From positions 1 through 60,426 of the forward strand of contig JAAYBG010000025.1 in assembly GCA_012718985.1 (NCBI GenBank): 60,426 nucleotides of DNA, written 5' to 3'. Below, in pieces: positions 30,137 to 38,990 of this stretch. Under the pieces are notes generated by a model. That model did not search any database, was not told where the DNA came from, and saw nothing but the letters and a program-made list of their open reading frames with translations. Made by a program: the position numbers and the translations under genes. How positions within the stretch are numbered: position 1 is the stretch's first letter; each line of letters opens with the position of its first letter. The DNA comes from Acholeplasmataceae bacterium (GTDB lineage: Bacteria; Bacillota_I; Bacilli_A; ML615J-28; CAG-698).

Positions 30137-31534
30137 TTATTTTTCAATGCTTTTTAGTAAAATTTCAATATCGTTCTTAACTAGAGGGTCATTTTGTTGC
30201 ATAAAAACAATTTTATCGATTCCATAAGAAACCGTAGCATGATCTCTGTTTCCGAAAGCTTCTCCTATCGTTTTTAATTGAATATTAAATTTATCGCGCA
30301 AGAGAAACATTGCAACATGACGAGCATAAGCAATTTTTTGCTTGCGTGACTGAGAAGTTAGGTCTGAAACGGCAATTTTGTAATAATTAGCAACAATATT
30401 TTTTGTTTGTTCAATTAATTTAGAAGAGGAAGAAACATTTTTTAGATCTTTTTCTTTAGGAAGAGTATTCTCTAAGGCGATTAACATGTTTTCTACAGTG
30501 AAAGGAATGTTTAAACAAATACAATAGGTAACAAAGCCCCTCAAAGCTCCTTCCAAATCACGAATATTGTTAGGAAAATAATCAGCTAAAGCATCTAAGA
30601 CCTCTAAAGGAACATCGCTAGGATCTTTAATTAATGTAGAGAGCTTGCTTTTTAAGATATTAACCCTTAAATTTTTGTCAGGATGTTTAATATCTACTGA
30701 AAGCCCCCAATTAAAGCGAGACCGTAATCTAGGCATGATGTCTGTAAGTTCGTTTGCGGGTTTATCAGAAGTGATAACAATTTGTTTGTTTAAACCGATA
30801 AGATGCTCGAAGACTTTAAAAAACTCTTCTTGTGACCATTTTTTTGATTGAAGAAATTGGATATCATCGATTAAAAGAACATCTACGTCTCGATATTTGG
30901 AATAAAAAGATTCTATTCTTTCAATACTGTCTCCAGAACCTTTCTTTTTATTTGTTGCGAGGAAGTAGTCTTCAGCAAATTTTTGACTGCTTGCGTAAAG
31001 AATTTTCGAATCGATTTTATTATCGAGAATATAGTTTCCTATAGCAGACATTAAATGTGTTTTCCCTAATCCTACATCACCAAAAATATATAAAGGGTTA
31101 TACATTTTTTCAGCAGATTCAGCAGATTCGGCAGTTTTCATCGCCGCGATGAAAGCAAAGCGATTGCTTTCTCCAACTTCAAAGGAGTTAAAAGTAAAGG
31201 TTGGAGATAAAGTACGTGTAGCATAGCTTAATTCTGGTGTTTGTAGAGGTTCTTTTGATTGTTCCTCCAACTCTTTTTCAATATCAGCTTTAGTAACAAA
31301 TTTGAATTTTATGAGTTCATCAGAAAGTTTAGCTACTAATTTATTGAGCTTATCAACATAGAACTTCTCAATTCTAAACTTATCAAAAGAACGGGCGACT
31401 GGAATATAAATATATCCACCTTCAGCCTTGTAAATTTCGGTTAATTCCGCAAACAGGGAATTAAAATCATCCTCATTTATTTCTTCTTTAAGCATATTGA
31501 GAGTTTCTTGCCACAATGTGATAGGACCGCGCAT
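30137..31534 (-). CDS. dnaA: chromosomal replication initiator DnaA
   Basis: GDVGLGKTHLM Walker A, LLIDDIQF, C-terminal DNA-binding domain (ARHVAMFLLRD...FGNRDHATV). Start set at the ATG (MRGPITLWQ) preceded by GAGAGGGG. Confidence 0.93.
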   Translation of the reverse strand: MRGPITLWQETLNMLKEEINEDDFNSLFAELTEIYKAEGGYIYIPVARSFDKFRIEKFYVDKLNKLVAKLSDELIKFKFVTKADIEKELEEQSKEPLQTPELSYATRTLSPTFTFNSFEVGESNRFAFIAAMKTAESAESAEKMYNPLYIFGDVGLGKTHLMSAIGNYILDNKIDSKILYASSQKFAEDYFLATNKKKGSGDSIERIESFYSKYRDVDVLLIDDIQFLQSKKWSQEEFFKVFEHLIGLNKQIVITSDKPANELTDIMPRLRSRFNWGLSVDIKHPDKNLRVNILKSKLSTLIKDPSDVPLEVLDALADYFPNNIRDLEGALRGFVTYCICLNIPFTVENMLIALENTLPKEKDLKNVSSSSKLIEQTKNIVANYYKIAVSDLTSQSRKQKIAYARHVAMFLLRDKFNIQLKTIGEAFGNRDHATVSYGIDKIVFMQQNDPLVKNDIEILLKSIEK

Positions 31535-31621
31535 AAAAAAACCCCTCTCATTTATTCCATACACAAATGATACCATAAAACAGAAAAATAATAAATAGAA
31601 AAGTGAAAAAACTTTTCAACA

Positions 31622-31637
31622 TTCCACATGTGGAAAA
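31622..31637. promoter_or_regulatory. palindromic DnaA-box pair upstream of dnaA
   Basis: TTCCACATGTGGAA palindrome (31622-31635). TGTGGAAAA (31629-31637) is the complement of TTTTCCACA, 8/9 to consensus. Confidence 0.5.
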
Positions 31638-31744
31638 AAAGGGGAATAAAAAAGGCAGTTTTCCTAATTCTTTCCCTAAGTAGAAATGTGGGAAGAAAAA
31701 CTATATATAATATAGAAAGAGAAATTAACAAAAAGAAAAAAATA

Positions 31745-31772
31745 TTGCAATAAAAATAATTTATGGTAAAAT
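31745..31772 (+). promoter_or_regulatory. promoter for the 324-aa gene
   Basis: TTGCAA (31745-31750), a 16-nt spacer ending in TGG, and TAAAAT (31767-31772). Confidence 0.55.
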
Positions 31773-31796
31773 ATTATCAGCATTAAATTAAAAAGA

Positions 31797-32771
31797 ATGG
31801 AGGCAGTAAACAAGAGTTTACTGGTTGGAAAAATGGAAAATCTAAAGGCAAAAAAACAAGAAGGCAAAAAAGAAAAAAGCAGCGGAATTTTTAGTTTCCC
31901 TAGCAAATTAAATAACATAACAATTATTTTAATCATATTGGCTTATGCTGTTGTTGCTTTTTGGGCGTTGCTTAGCTTTTTCCCAGAATACAATTATGTG
32001 GTAATTCCAGAATATAAGCATGTAGAATATAACTATGAAGTAGCCCCATATATTAAATCAACCAACGTTATAACCAAAAGCGGAACAGGGGAAATAGCTG
32101 TGAAGCATTCCTATACAGCGTATATTTATAATAACTATTCAACTGCTTTGAATAATGTCAGTTTTCAATTCAGCGGATTAACCAACGAAAACACAATGGA
32201 TTATATCTCTGGCATTGATTATTGGAGTTCAACAAGTGCCCCAACCATTCATACTATGATGAGTAACCAGTCTGTTAGTGGCGGGGGATATCAAAAATTA
32301 TTTGGGAAAATTCAATATCATTATAAAAGAAGCGAAGAAGAGATTCTTAAGAGGACAGTAACATTTGGTGAAGAAATCATTAAATTAAAGAAAAGCGAGC
32401 TTAATAGTTCGAAATTCACCGATAAAACAGATATTTTAGGAAAAATTAATTTTTCTGTAAAGGCAAACGAACCGATTAGTGATTCAACAAACTATACGAT
32501 TACCAACACGATTAACTTTACTAATCCTAGTGAGAGGTTCCACTTCGATTTTCAAGCTTTCATTGTAACAAGCGATAAAGAAATATATCCTATTGGAGGA
32601 TTATATAACTATTACTACTTCTCTACAGTAGATACATCAATAGCTATGACAAGCAAAGCAAATAAAACAATTGATATCGAATATATCTATATTAAGGGTT
32701 TTTATACCGACGCAAACAATTTAAAAACAGAAATTTTATACAAGATTGACTTTAAAGATATCTTGATATAA
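31797..32771 (+). CDS. hypothetical membrane-anchored protein (N-in single TM, Y/N/T-rich ectodomain)
   Basis: Basic N-terminus, one TM helix (ITIILIILAYAVVAFWALLSFF) and about 260 aa of beta-rich-looking sequence. No motif recognised. The start is uncertain (31797 or the ATG 36 nt downstream). Confidence 0.55.
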   Translation: MEAVNKSLLVGKMENLKAKKQEGKKEKSSGIFSFPSKLNNITIILIILAYAVVAFWALLSFFPEYNYVVIPEYKHVEYNYEVAPYIKSTNVITKSGTGEIAVKHSYTAYIYNNYSTALNNVSFQFSGLTNENTMDYISGIDYWSSTSAPTIHTMMSNQSVSGGGYQKLFGKIQYHYKRSEEEILKRTVTFGEEIIKLKKSELNSSKFTDKTDILGKINFSVKANEPISDSTNYTITNTINFTNPSERFHFDFQAFIVTSDKEIYPIGGLYNYYYFSTVDTSIAMTSKANKTIDIEYIYIKGFYTDANNLKTEILYKIDFKDILI

Positions 32772-32785
32772 AAGAAAAAAAGTAT

Positions 32786-32814
32786 TTGACTTAAAAATTT
32801 GATTGTAGTATAAT
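32786..32814 (+). promoter_or_regulatory. sigma-A promoter of rpmH
   Basis: TTGACT (32786-32791), a 17-nt spacer and TATAAT (32809-32814). Confidence 0.75.
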
Positions 32815-32848
32815 GTACAAGCATGGTTTAGTATAGGAGGTGCTCTCT

Positions 32849-32983
32849 ATGAAAAGAACATACCAACCAAACAAAAGAAAACACGCCAAAACACATGGAT
32901 TTCGTGCTCGTATGGCAACTGTTGGTGGAAGAAGAGTCTTATCTAATAGACGTAGAAAAGGTAGAAAACAATTAACAGCATAA
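32849..32983 (+). CDS. rpmH: 50S ribosomal protein L34
   Basis: Below the ORF-track cutoff. GGAGG RBS, then [44 protein letters not shown] (44 aa). Confidence 0.95.
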   Translation: MKRTYQPNKRKHAKTHGFRARMATVGGRRVLSNRRRKGRKQLTA

Positions 32984-32988
32984 AAACC

Positions 32989-33031
32989 AGGACCACTCGT
33001 ATGTCAACAATGATTAGGAGTGGTCTTTTTT
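32989..33031 (+). terminator. hairpin plus T-tract between rpmH and rnpA (partial terminator/attenuator)
   Basis: Stem AGGACCACTC / GAGTGGTCTT, a 19-nt loop and TTTTTT. Confidence 0.5.
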
Positions 33032-33050
33032 GTTGCTGATTGGAGGGAAA

Positions 33051-33395
33051 ATGAATAGGAAATACAGTTTAAAAAAAAGCTATGAAATAGAAAAAGTGAT
33101 GTCTTTGAAAAAAAGTGTAGGAAATAGATTTTATACAATTTATTATCAACAAAGCGAAGGCGAAATGAAAATAGCAATATCGGTTTCTAAAAAAGTTGGC
33201 CGTGCGGTTATTAGAAATTATGAAAAAAGGGCTGTAAGAGAGATTATTAGAAAAAACAAAAAAGAATTGATAGGAATCAAGGCTTTAATCATTATAAAAA
33301 GGTTAGCAGTAGAGTTAACGTTTCAAGAAAAAGACGACAGTTTAAGTAATTTGTTTAGTAAAATATTGAAGGAGAAAAAAAATGAACAAAAATAA
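33051..33395 (+). CDS. rnpA: ribonuclease P protein component
   Basis: Basic 114-aa protein after rpmH (KKVGRAVIRNYEKRAVRE, an RNR-like motif). ATG follows GGAGGGAAA; the upstream TTG start in the track is rejected. Confidence 0.85.
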   Translation: MNRKYSLKKSYEIEKVMSLKKSVGNRFYTIYYQQSEGEMKIAISVSKKVGRAVIRNYEKRAVREIIRKNKKELIGIKALIIIKRLAVELTFQEKDDSLSNLFSKILKEKKNEQK

Positions 33396-34350
33396 ATGGA
33401 AATATATTATTGCTGCAGTATTAATTGTGGGATTATTTTTCTTAAGTGGCTGCAGAAAGCAAGAAGCAGAAATAGTTTACCAACCAATATATGGCTTCAA
33501 GTTCCCTTCGTGGGATTTCTTAGTTTGGCCGATGACCATGTTAATGTGGGGGTTGGGGAAAACAATTGCCTTTGGTAATTATGGTGTCGCAATTGTTTTA
33601 GCAACAATAGTTGTGAGAACTGCAGCTTGGCCGATTTATGCCAAGTCTAACGATATGTCATTAAAAATGCAATTAGTCGGACCTGAACAAGCAAAGATTG
33701 AAGCAAAATACGCTGAAAAGACAGATCAAGAGAGTCAACAAAGAAAACAAATGGAAATGATGCAACTTTATAAAAAGTATGGAATTGGACTTAGTGGATG
33801 TTTGATGCCGTTTTTACAATTGCCAATCTTTATTTCTTTCTTTGAAACATTAAGAAGAATCCCCTCAACAACAACGACATACTTAATAGAAAACCCAGAA
33901 GTTGCTACTAAATTAGGGATTGTGAAATTACCAATTGACTTTGATTTTATGAATACAACAATTTTGGGAATAGATTTGTTTAAGGATAAAAGCATGGGGG
34001 GATGGCAAGAGATTGGAATATATATTCTTGCGGGATTAGTAGGATTAACACAATTAGGAAGCCAAATTTTACTAACAAAAAGACAAGAAAAGCAAAAAGA
34101 AAGCATGCAAGCAAGTCTTCCAGCATATCGTCGTCCAGAAAAAACAGAGCAACAAAGGCAAACAGAAACGATGATGAAAGTCATGATGTATGGAATGCCG
34201 ATAATGATGGTTATATTTATTATAACAAGTCCAGCAGCGTTGGGTCTTTATTGGTTTGTTGGTAATATTTATTCTACTTTCCAAAGTTATATTGGAAGTA
34301 AATCAAGTAGCGCAAGACTTGAAAAATTAAGAATCAAGATGAAAAAATAA
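33382..34350 (+). CDS. yidC: membrane protein insertase YidC (lipoprotein type)
   Basis: Lipobox LSGC, YGVAIVLATIVVRT and MQLYKKYG motifs, basic C-tail. Confidence 0.88.
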   Translation: MNKNKWKYIIAAVLIVGLFFLSGCRKQEAEIVYQPIYGFKFPSWDFLVWPMTMLMWGLGKTIAFGNYGVAIVLATIVVRTAAWPIYAKSNDMSLKMQLVGPEQAKIEAKYAEKTDQESQQRKQMEMMQLYKKYGIGLSGCLMPFLQLPIFISFFETLRRIPSTTTTYLIENPEVATKLGIVKLPIDFDFMNTTILGIDLFKDKSMGGWQEIGIYILAGLVGLTQLGSQILLTKRQEKQKESMQASLPAYRRPEKTEQQRQTETMMKVMMYGMPIMMVIFIITSPAALGLYWFVGNIYSTFQSYIGSKSSSARLEKLRIKMKK

Positions 34351-34364
34351 GGAGATTTATAGTA

Positions 34365-34982
34365 ATGAAAACAAAAATATATGAAGTAAAAACTATAGCT
34401 GAAGCAAAGGAACTAGCGATAAAGGATTTTGGCGTTAGTGAAGAAAATTTTGAAATCAATATTCTAAAAGAAACAAAGGGTTTTCTAGGAATTGGTGGAA
34501 AACTTGAAGTTGAAGTTAAAGTTATAACTAATGGCGTTGCTAAAGCAAAAGAATATATTCAAATGATTTTAAATACAAACGGAATCGAAGGGTTTATAGA
34601 AAAGAAAGAACGAGAAGGTAGCGTAGAGTTTAGCATTGATGCTGGAGAATATAATGGCTATTTAATCGGGAAAAACTCAAGAAATTTAATTGCATTACAA
34701 ACATTAGTTTCCATTATTGTAAACAACTATTGTGAGAAAGATGAAATTAAAACAGTATTAGTTGATGTTGGCGGATATAAAAAACGTCGCGAAAAAAATA
34801 TCGAGAGCATGGCTGTTGAGTACGGTAAACAAGTTGCCAGAACAAAGCACCCCGTTCGTTTAGATGGATTAAATGCTTATGAAAGAAAAATAATTCACAA
34901 TAAATTATCTTCATGGAAGGATGTAAAAACATATTCTGAGGGAGAAGAACCAAATAGAATTCTTGTTATCGAAGCAAAATAA
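34365..34982 (+). CDS. jag: RNA-binding protein Jag/KhpB (Jag_N, KH, R3H)
   Basis: Position after yidC. GYLIGKNSRNLIALQ (KH GxxG-like) and ERKIIHNKL (R3H). Confidence 0.85.
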   Translation: MKTKIYEVKTIAEAKELAIKDFGVSEENFEINILKETKGFLGIGGKLEVEVKVITNGVAKAKEYIQMILNTNGIEGFIEKKEREGSVEFSIDAGEYNGYLIGKNSRNLIALQTLVSIIVNNYCEKDEIKTVLVDVGGYKKRREKNIESMAVEYGKQVARTKHPVRLDGLNAYERKIIHNKLSSWKDVKTYSEGEEPNRILVIEAK

Positions 34983-35007
34983 AAAAAGGGAGAGAGTCCC
35001 TTTTTTT
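34983..35007. terminator. bidirectional terminator between jag and fic
   Basis: AAAGGGA / TCCCTTT stem with loop GAGAG, flanked by A and T tracts. Confidence 0.6.
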
Positions 35008-35016
35008 CTATATTAT

Positions 35017-35667
35017 TTACCCTTTTATGTCAATAAAATCCATAAAAGGAAGGATATTCTTGTTTACTTTAAATTCTTCTAAGCAAGCAAAGTATTTATC
35101 TTTTTTGTTATAGTCAAGAATGACAGGATCGAAATTGTTTTTCAACAATTGATAATTAAGTACAATACGCGCACATCTACCATTTCCATCTAAGAAAGGG
35201 TGGATTTTCATTAGTTGTAAATAACTAAAAGCAATTTGTTCCTTAATGTTATCCGTAGGAGTGTTGATGGTATCAAAGTACTTCTTCATACGATCATAAA
35301 CTTTGATATGGCTTGGGGGTGTATGATTAGATCCCCTAACAGAAATGTCTACATTACGATAAAGGCCGCCAATGCCTAAATCCTTCATTATAATTTCATG
35401 TAAATCTTTTAATTTGTTTTCGGTAAAAGCTTCTTCTTTTTCTAATAAATCTAGTATAAATAAAAAGCCGTTAAGATTGTTGTTCACAATAGTCACTTTG
35501 TTTTTTTCAATGTCAGTACTATCTCCATTGATAATTCTTGCTACTTCATCAAGGGAAACGACACTTGTTTCAAAAGAGATAGAATTATAAATAAAATCAA
35601 TTAAAAAATTAACAGTGATTTTTTTAGATGCTTCACTATGCATGCTCGATAAGTTGAAAGCAATCAT
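35017..35667 (-). CDS. fic: Fic family protein (putative AMPylase)
   Basis: Canonical HPFLDGNGRCAR Fic motif. N-terminal SISFET resembles the inhibitory (S/T)xxxE(G/N) helix with T at the last position. AAGGAGGGG RBS. Confidence 0.85.
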   Translation of the reverse strand: MIAFNLSSMHSEASKKITVNFLIDFIYNSISFETSVVSLDEVARIINGDSTDIEKNKVTIVNNNLNGFLFILDLLEKEEAFTENKLKDLHEIIMKDLGIGGLYRNVDISVRGSNHTPPSHIKVYDRMKKYFDTINTPTDNIKEQIAFSYLQLMKIHPFLDGNGRCARIVLNYQLLKNNFDPVILDYNKKDKYFACLEEFKVNKNILPFMDFIDIKG

Positions 35668-35878
35668 ATTAACCCCTCCTTTATCTTAGGTAATTCATTA
35701 TACCACGAAAGAAAAATAAAAGGAAGTAATATAACAAATTAAATGTGACAATAATAAAAACAAAGATAAGGAAAAAGCAAAATAAAAAAAGATATTTGGT
35801 GAAGGAAATGAGTAAAATAATTGAGAAAAAAATGAGTTTATGCTATTATGAATATGGTAAACAAGCAAAGGAGAAAAT

Positions 35879-37537
35879 ATGACAGATATTGAAATCGCCC
35901 ACAGTGTTAAAATGAAGACAATAAAGGAAATAGCGAAAAAATTTCAAATAAAGGAAAGCATGCTTGATTATTTTGGTAAATATCGTGCAAAGCTGGATTA
36001 TCAAAAGATTCACCAAACAAAAAGAGGGAAATTAATTCTTGTTTCTGCTATCACTCCTACACCGGCAGGAGAAGGAAAGACAACCGTTAGTATAGGATTA
36101 AGCGATGCTATTAATTTAAGAGGAAAAACTTCGATATTAGCGCTTAGGGAGCCTTCGTTAGGTCCTGTTTTTGGTTTAAAAGGGGGAGCAACTGGGGGCG
36201 GATATGCTCAGGTAATCCCGATAGAAGACATCAATTTGCATTTCAATGGTGATTTTCATGCGATCACAACCGCAAATAATCTTTTGTCCTCTTTGATTGA
36301 TAATCATTTATATCAGGGGAATGCTTTAAATATTGATGAAAACAGAATAGTTTTCAATCGTTGTTTAGATTTAAATGACCGTGCATTAAGAAATATCGTC
36401 GTTAGTAATGGCGGAACAAAAAAAGAAGTTTTACGGAAAGAAAAATTTAATATTACCGCAGCAAGTGAAATTATGGCCATTATGTGCTTATCTAAAGATA
36501 TTCACGAATTAAAAGAAAACTTAGCAGACATTACAGTTGCTTATGATAAAGAAGGGAAAGCCGTTACAGCAAGAGATCTCAATGCTCATCATGCAATGGC
36601 AATTCTTCTGAAAGAAGCTCTAAAACCAAATGTTGTTCAGACGCTTGCTGGTAATTTAGCATTGATTCATTGTGGACCTTTTGCCAATATTGCTCATGGT
36701 TGTAATAGCATTATAGCTACAGAATCGGCGATGAGCTTGGGTGAATATACAGTAACGGAGGCAGGTTTTGGAGCTGACTTAGGGGCGGAGAAATTTCTTG
36801 ATTTAAAATGCAGAAAAATAAATATCATGCCAAATGCTGTAATTATAGTTGCCACGGGCAGAGCTTTAAAAATGCATGGAGGAATCCCTAAAGAGGAATT
36901 GACAATTGAAAATGTAGAAGCGATAAAAAAAGGTGCAGAGAATTTAATTAAACATATCAAAAACATGACAACAGTCTTTGGATTACCAACGATAGTTGCT
37001 ATTAATAAGTTTAGCAGTGACACAAATCGAGAACTAGAAACAATAAAAGAGATTGTCGCTACGCAAAAGGTAAAAGCAGTTGTTGTTGAGGTGTGGAGTA
37101 AAGGTGGCGAAGGAGCTTTAGAACTTGCAGATGAAGTGATAAAACTATGCGAGAAAGAAAAGAAAACCCAGTTTGTTTATGATGTAACAGACAGCCCGGA
37201 AACCAAAATAATGAAGATAGCCACTAAAATATATGGTGCAAAAGCAGTAAAATACTCTGAAGAAGCAAAAGAAACATTAATAGAAATTGAAAAGAGAAAG
37301 CTTAATGAGCTTCCTGTTGTGATTGCCAAGACACAATATTCTTTAAGTGATAATCCAAAATTATTGGGAGTTCCAAAGGAACATGAATTGACGATAAAGA
37401 GTATAGAAATTAGGACAGGAGCGAAAATGATTGTAGCAATCGCCGGAGATATGCTATTAATGCCAGGATTAGGAAAAGTGCCGGCCGCCGAAAACATGAG
37501 AATAGATGATAAGGGGAACATTTCAGGATTATTCTAA
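35879..37537 (+). CDS. fhs: formate-tetrahydrofolate ligase
   Basis: 552 aa. PTPAGEGKTT P-loop, EPSLGPVFGLKGGATGGGY and final GLF. Confidence 0.92.
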   Translation: MTDIEIAHSVKMKTIKEIAKKFQIKESMLDYFGKYRAKLDYQKIHQTKRGKLILVSAITPTPAGEGKTTVSIGLSDAINLRGKTSILALREPSLGPVFGLKGGATGGGYAQVIPIEDINLHFNGDFHAITTANNLLSSLIDNHLYQGNALNIDENRIVFNRCLDLNDRALRNIVVSNGGTKKEVLRKEKFNITAASEIMAIMCLSKDIHELKENLADITVAYDKEGKAVTARDLNAHHAMAILLKEALKPNVVQTLAGNLALIHCGPFANIAHGCNSIIATESAMSLGEYTVTEAGFGADLGAEKFLDLKCRKINIMPNAVIIVATGRALKMHGGIPKEELTIENVEAIKKGAENLIKHIKNMTTVFGLPTIVAINKFSSDTNRELETIKEIVATQKVKAVVVEVWSKGGEGALELADEVIKLCEKEKKTQFVYDVTDSPETKIMKIATKIYGAKAVKYSEEAKETLIEIEKRKLNELPVVIAKTQYSLSDNPKLLGVPKEHELTIKSIEIRTGAKMIVAIAGDMLLMPGLGKVPAAENMRIDDKGNISGLF

Positions 37538-37549
37538 AGGGGGAAAAGT

Positions 37550-38899
37550 ATGAATGACACAATTGCAATGATATCAACGCCACTAGGAAGCGGGGGAATA
37601 TCTATTATAAGAATCAGTGGTCAAGAAGCGCTAATTATTGTTAATAAATTGTTTAGAGGTAAGGATTTGTATAAGGTTGCTTCTCATACGATTCACTATG
37701 GTCACATTGTCGACAAAAACGAAGTGATTGATGAAGTTCTTGTCAGTGTCATGAAGGCTCCCAAAACATATACCCGCGAAGATGTTGTAGAAATAAGTTG
37801 CCATGGAGGGGTTTTTGTTACCAATAAAATCCTAGAAATGCTTTTGGTGATGGGAGCTAGATTAGCAGAACCAGGAGAGTTCACCAAAAGAGCTTTTCTA
37901 AATGGTCGCATCGATTTAACTCAGGCAGAATCTATTATGGATATTATAGAAGCAAAGACAAAAACAAATTTGAAAATAGCGAATTTGGGATTAAGAGGCG
38001 ATGTAAAGAGATTAATAGATGATTTTCGTAGTCGTTTATTAACTTGTATGGCAAAAATAGAAGTTAACATTGATTATCCAGAATATGAAGATGAAGAACA
38101 AATTACCATTGAAATATTAAAACCAACTATGGAAGCAATGAATGAGGAGCTCGAAAGCATTCTCAACAAATGCGAAACATCTCGAATTATCAAAGAGGGA
38201 ATTAAAACAGTTATCATAGGAAAACCCAACGTAGGAAAGTCTAGTTTACTAAATGCTCTTCTACGTGAAGAAAAAGCAATAGTTACGGATATAGCGGGAA
38301 CAACTAGGGATATTGTTGAAGGAAAAGCGAATATAGGAGGAATAATTCTCAATTTAATTGACACAGCAGGGATAAGAGATTCAAGCGATGTTGTTGAAAA
38401 GATAGGAATTAAAAAAACAAAAGAAGCGATTAATATGGCAGATCTTATTATTCTTGTTTTTGATAACAGTACTTTGCTTGATGATTATGACCATAAATTA
38501 TTAGAGTTAACAGAAGATAAGAGGCGGATCATTGTTATTAATAAACAAGATTTACAATCAAAAATTAATTTATCTGAAATAAAAGACTATATTTTATTGT
38601 CCTCGTTTAATGAAAAAGATATTGAAAAACTTGAAAACAAAATAAAAGAAGAGTGTATAGTAGGAAACATCAACGAAATGGATGCATCTTATATCGGTAA
38701 CGCTCGGCAGGTTGCAAAATTGAAACAAGCCAAAAAAGCCATTGAAGATAGTTTACAATCAATTAAAGAAAAAATGCCAATCGACATTGTTTCTATCGAC
38801 ATTAAGGCAGCGTGGCATTATTTAGGCGAAATAACAGGAGATGTTGCAAACGAAAGTTTAATCAACGAATTATTTTCCAAGTTTTGTTTAGGAAAATAG
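37550..38899 (+). CDS. mnmE: tRNA modification GTPase MnmE
   Basis: DTIAMISTP N-terminus, GKPNVGKSSLLNAL G1, DTAGIR G3 and C-terminal FCLGK. Confidence 0.92.
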   Translation: MNDTIAMISTPLGSGGISIIRISGQEALIIVNKLFRGKDLYKVASHTIHYGHIVDKNEVIDEVLVSVMKAPKTYTREDVVEISCHGGVFVTNKILEMLLVMGARLAEPGEFTKRAFLNGRIDLTQAESIMDIIEAKTKTNLKIANLGLRGDVKRLIDDFRSRLLTCMAKIEVNIDYPEYEDEEQITIEILKPTMEAMNEELESILNKCETSRIIKEGIKTVIIGKPNVGKSSLLNALLREEKAIVTDIAGTTRDIVEGKANIGGIILNLIDTAGIRDSSDVVEKIGIKKTKEAINMADLIILVFDNSTLLDDYDHKLLELTEDKRRIIVINKQDLQSKINLSEIKDYILLSSFNEKDIEKLENKIKEECIVGNINEMDASYIGNARQVAKLKQAKKAIEDSLQSIKEKMPIDIVSIDIKAAWHYLGEITGDVANESLINELFSKFCLGK

Positions 38900-38916
38900 A
38901 AAAAATAACTATAAAT

Positions 38917-38946
38917 AAAAAGAAGCCTTACGACTTCTTTTTTTCT
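38917..38946. terminator. weak AT-rich hairpin between mnmE and the SPFH gene
   Basis: AAAAGAAG / CTTCTTTT stem, an 8-nt loop and a T-run. Confidence 0.35.
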
Positions 38947-38990
38947 TTATGATAAAAAATAGTTAAAAACTGGTGACTTTAATTACCATG

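Noticed and set aside
30137-31576. Longer dnaA start (MVSFVYGINERGFF...)
   Set aside because: The upstream ATG has no RBS. The internal ATG at 31534 has GAGAGGGG at proper spacing and gives a typical DnaA N-terminus.
31676-31936. 86-aa minus-strand ORF upstream of dnaA
   Set aside because: The peptide is F/L/I-rich low-complexity with no RBS. It overlaps the dnaA-upstream DnaA-box region and the start of the plus-strand 324-aa gene.
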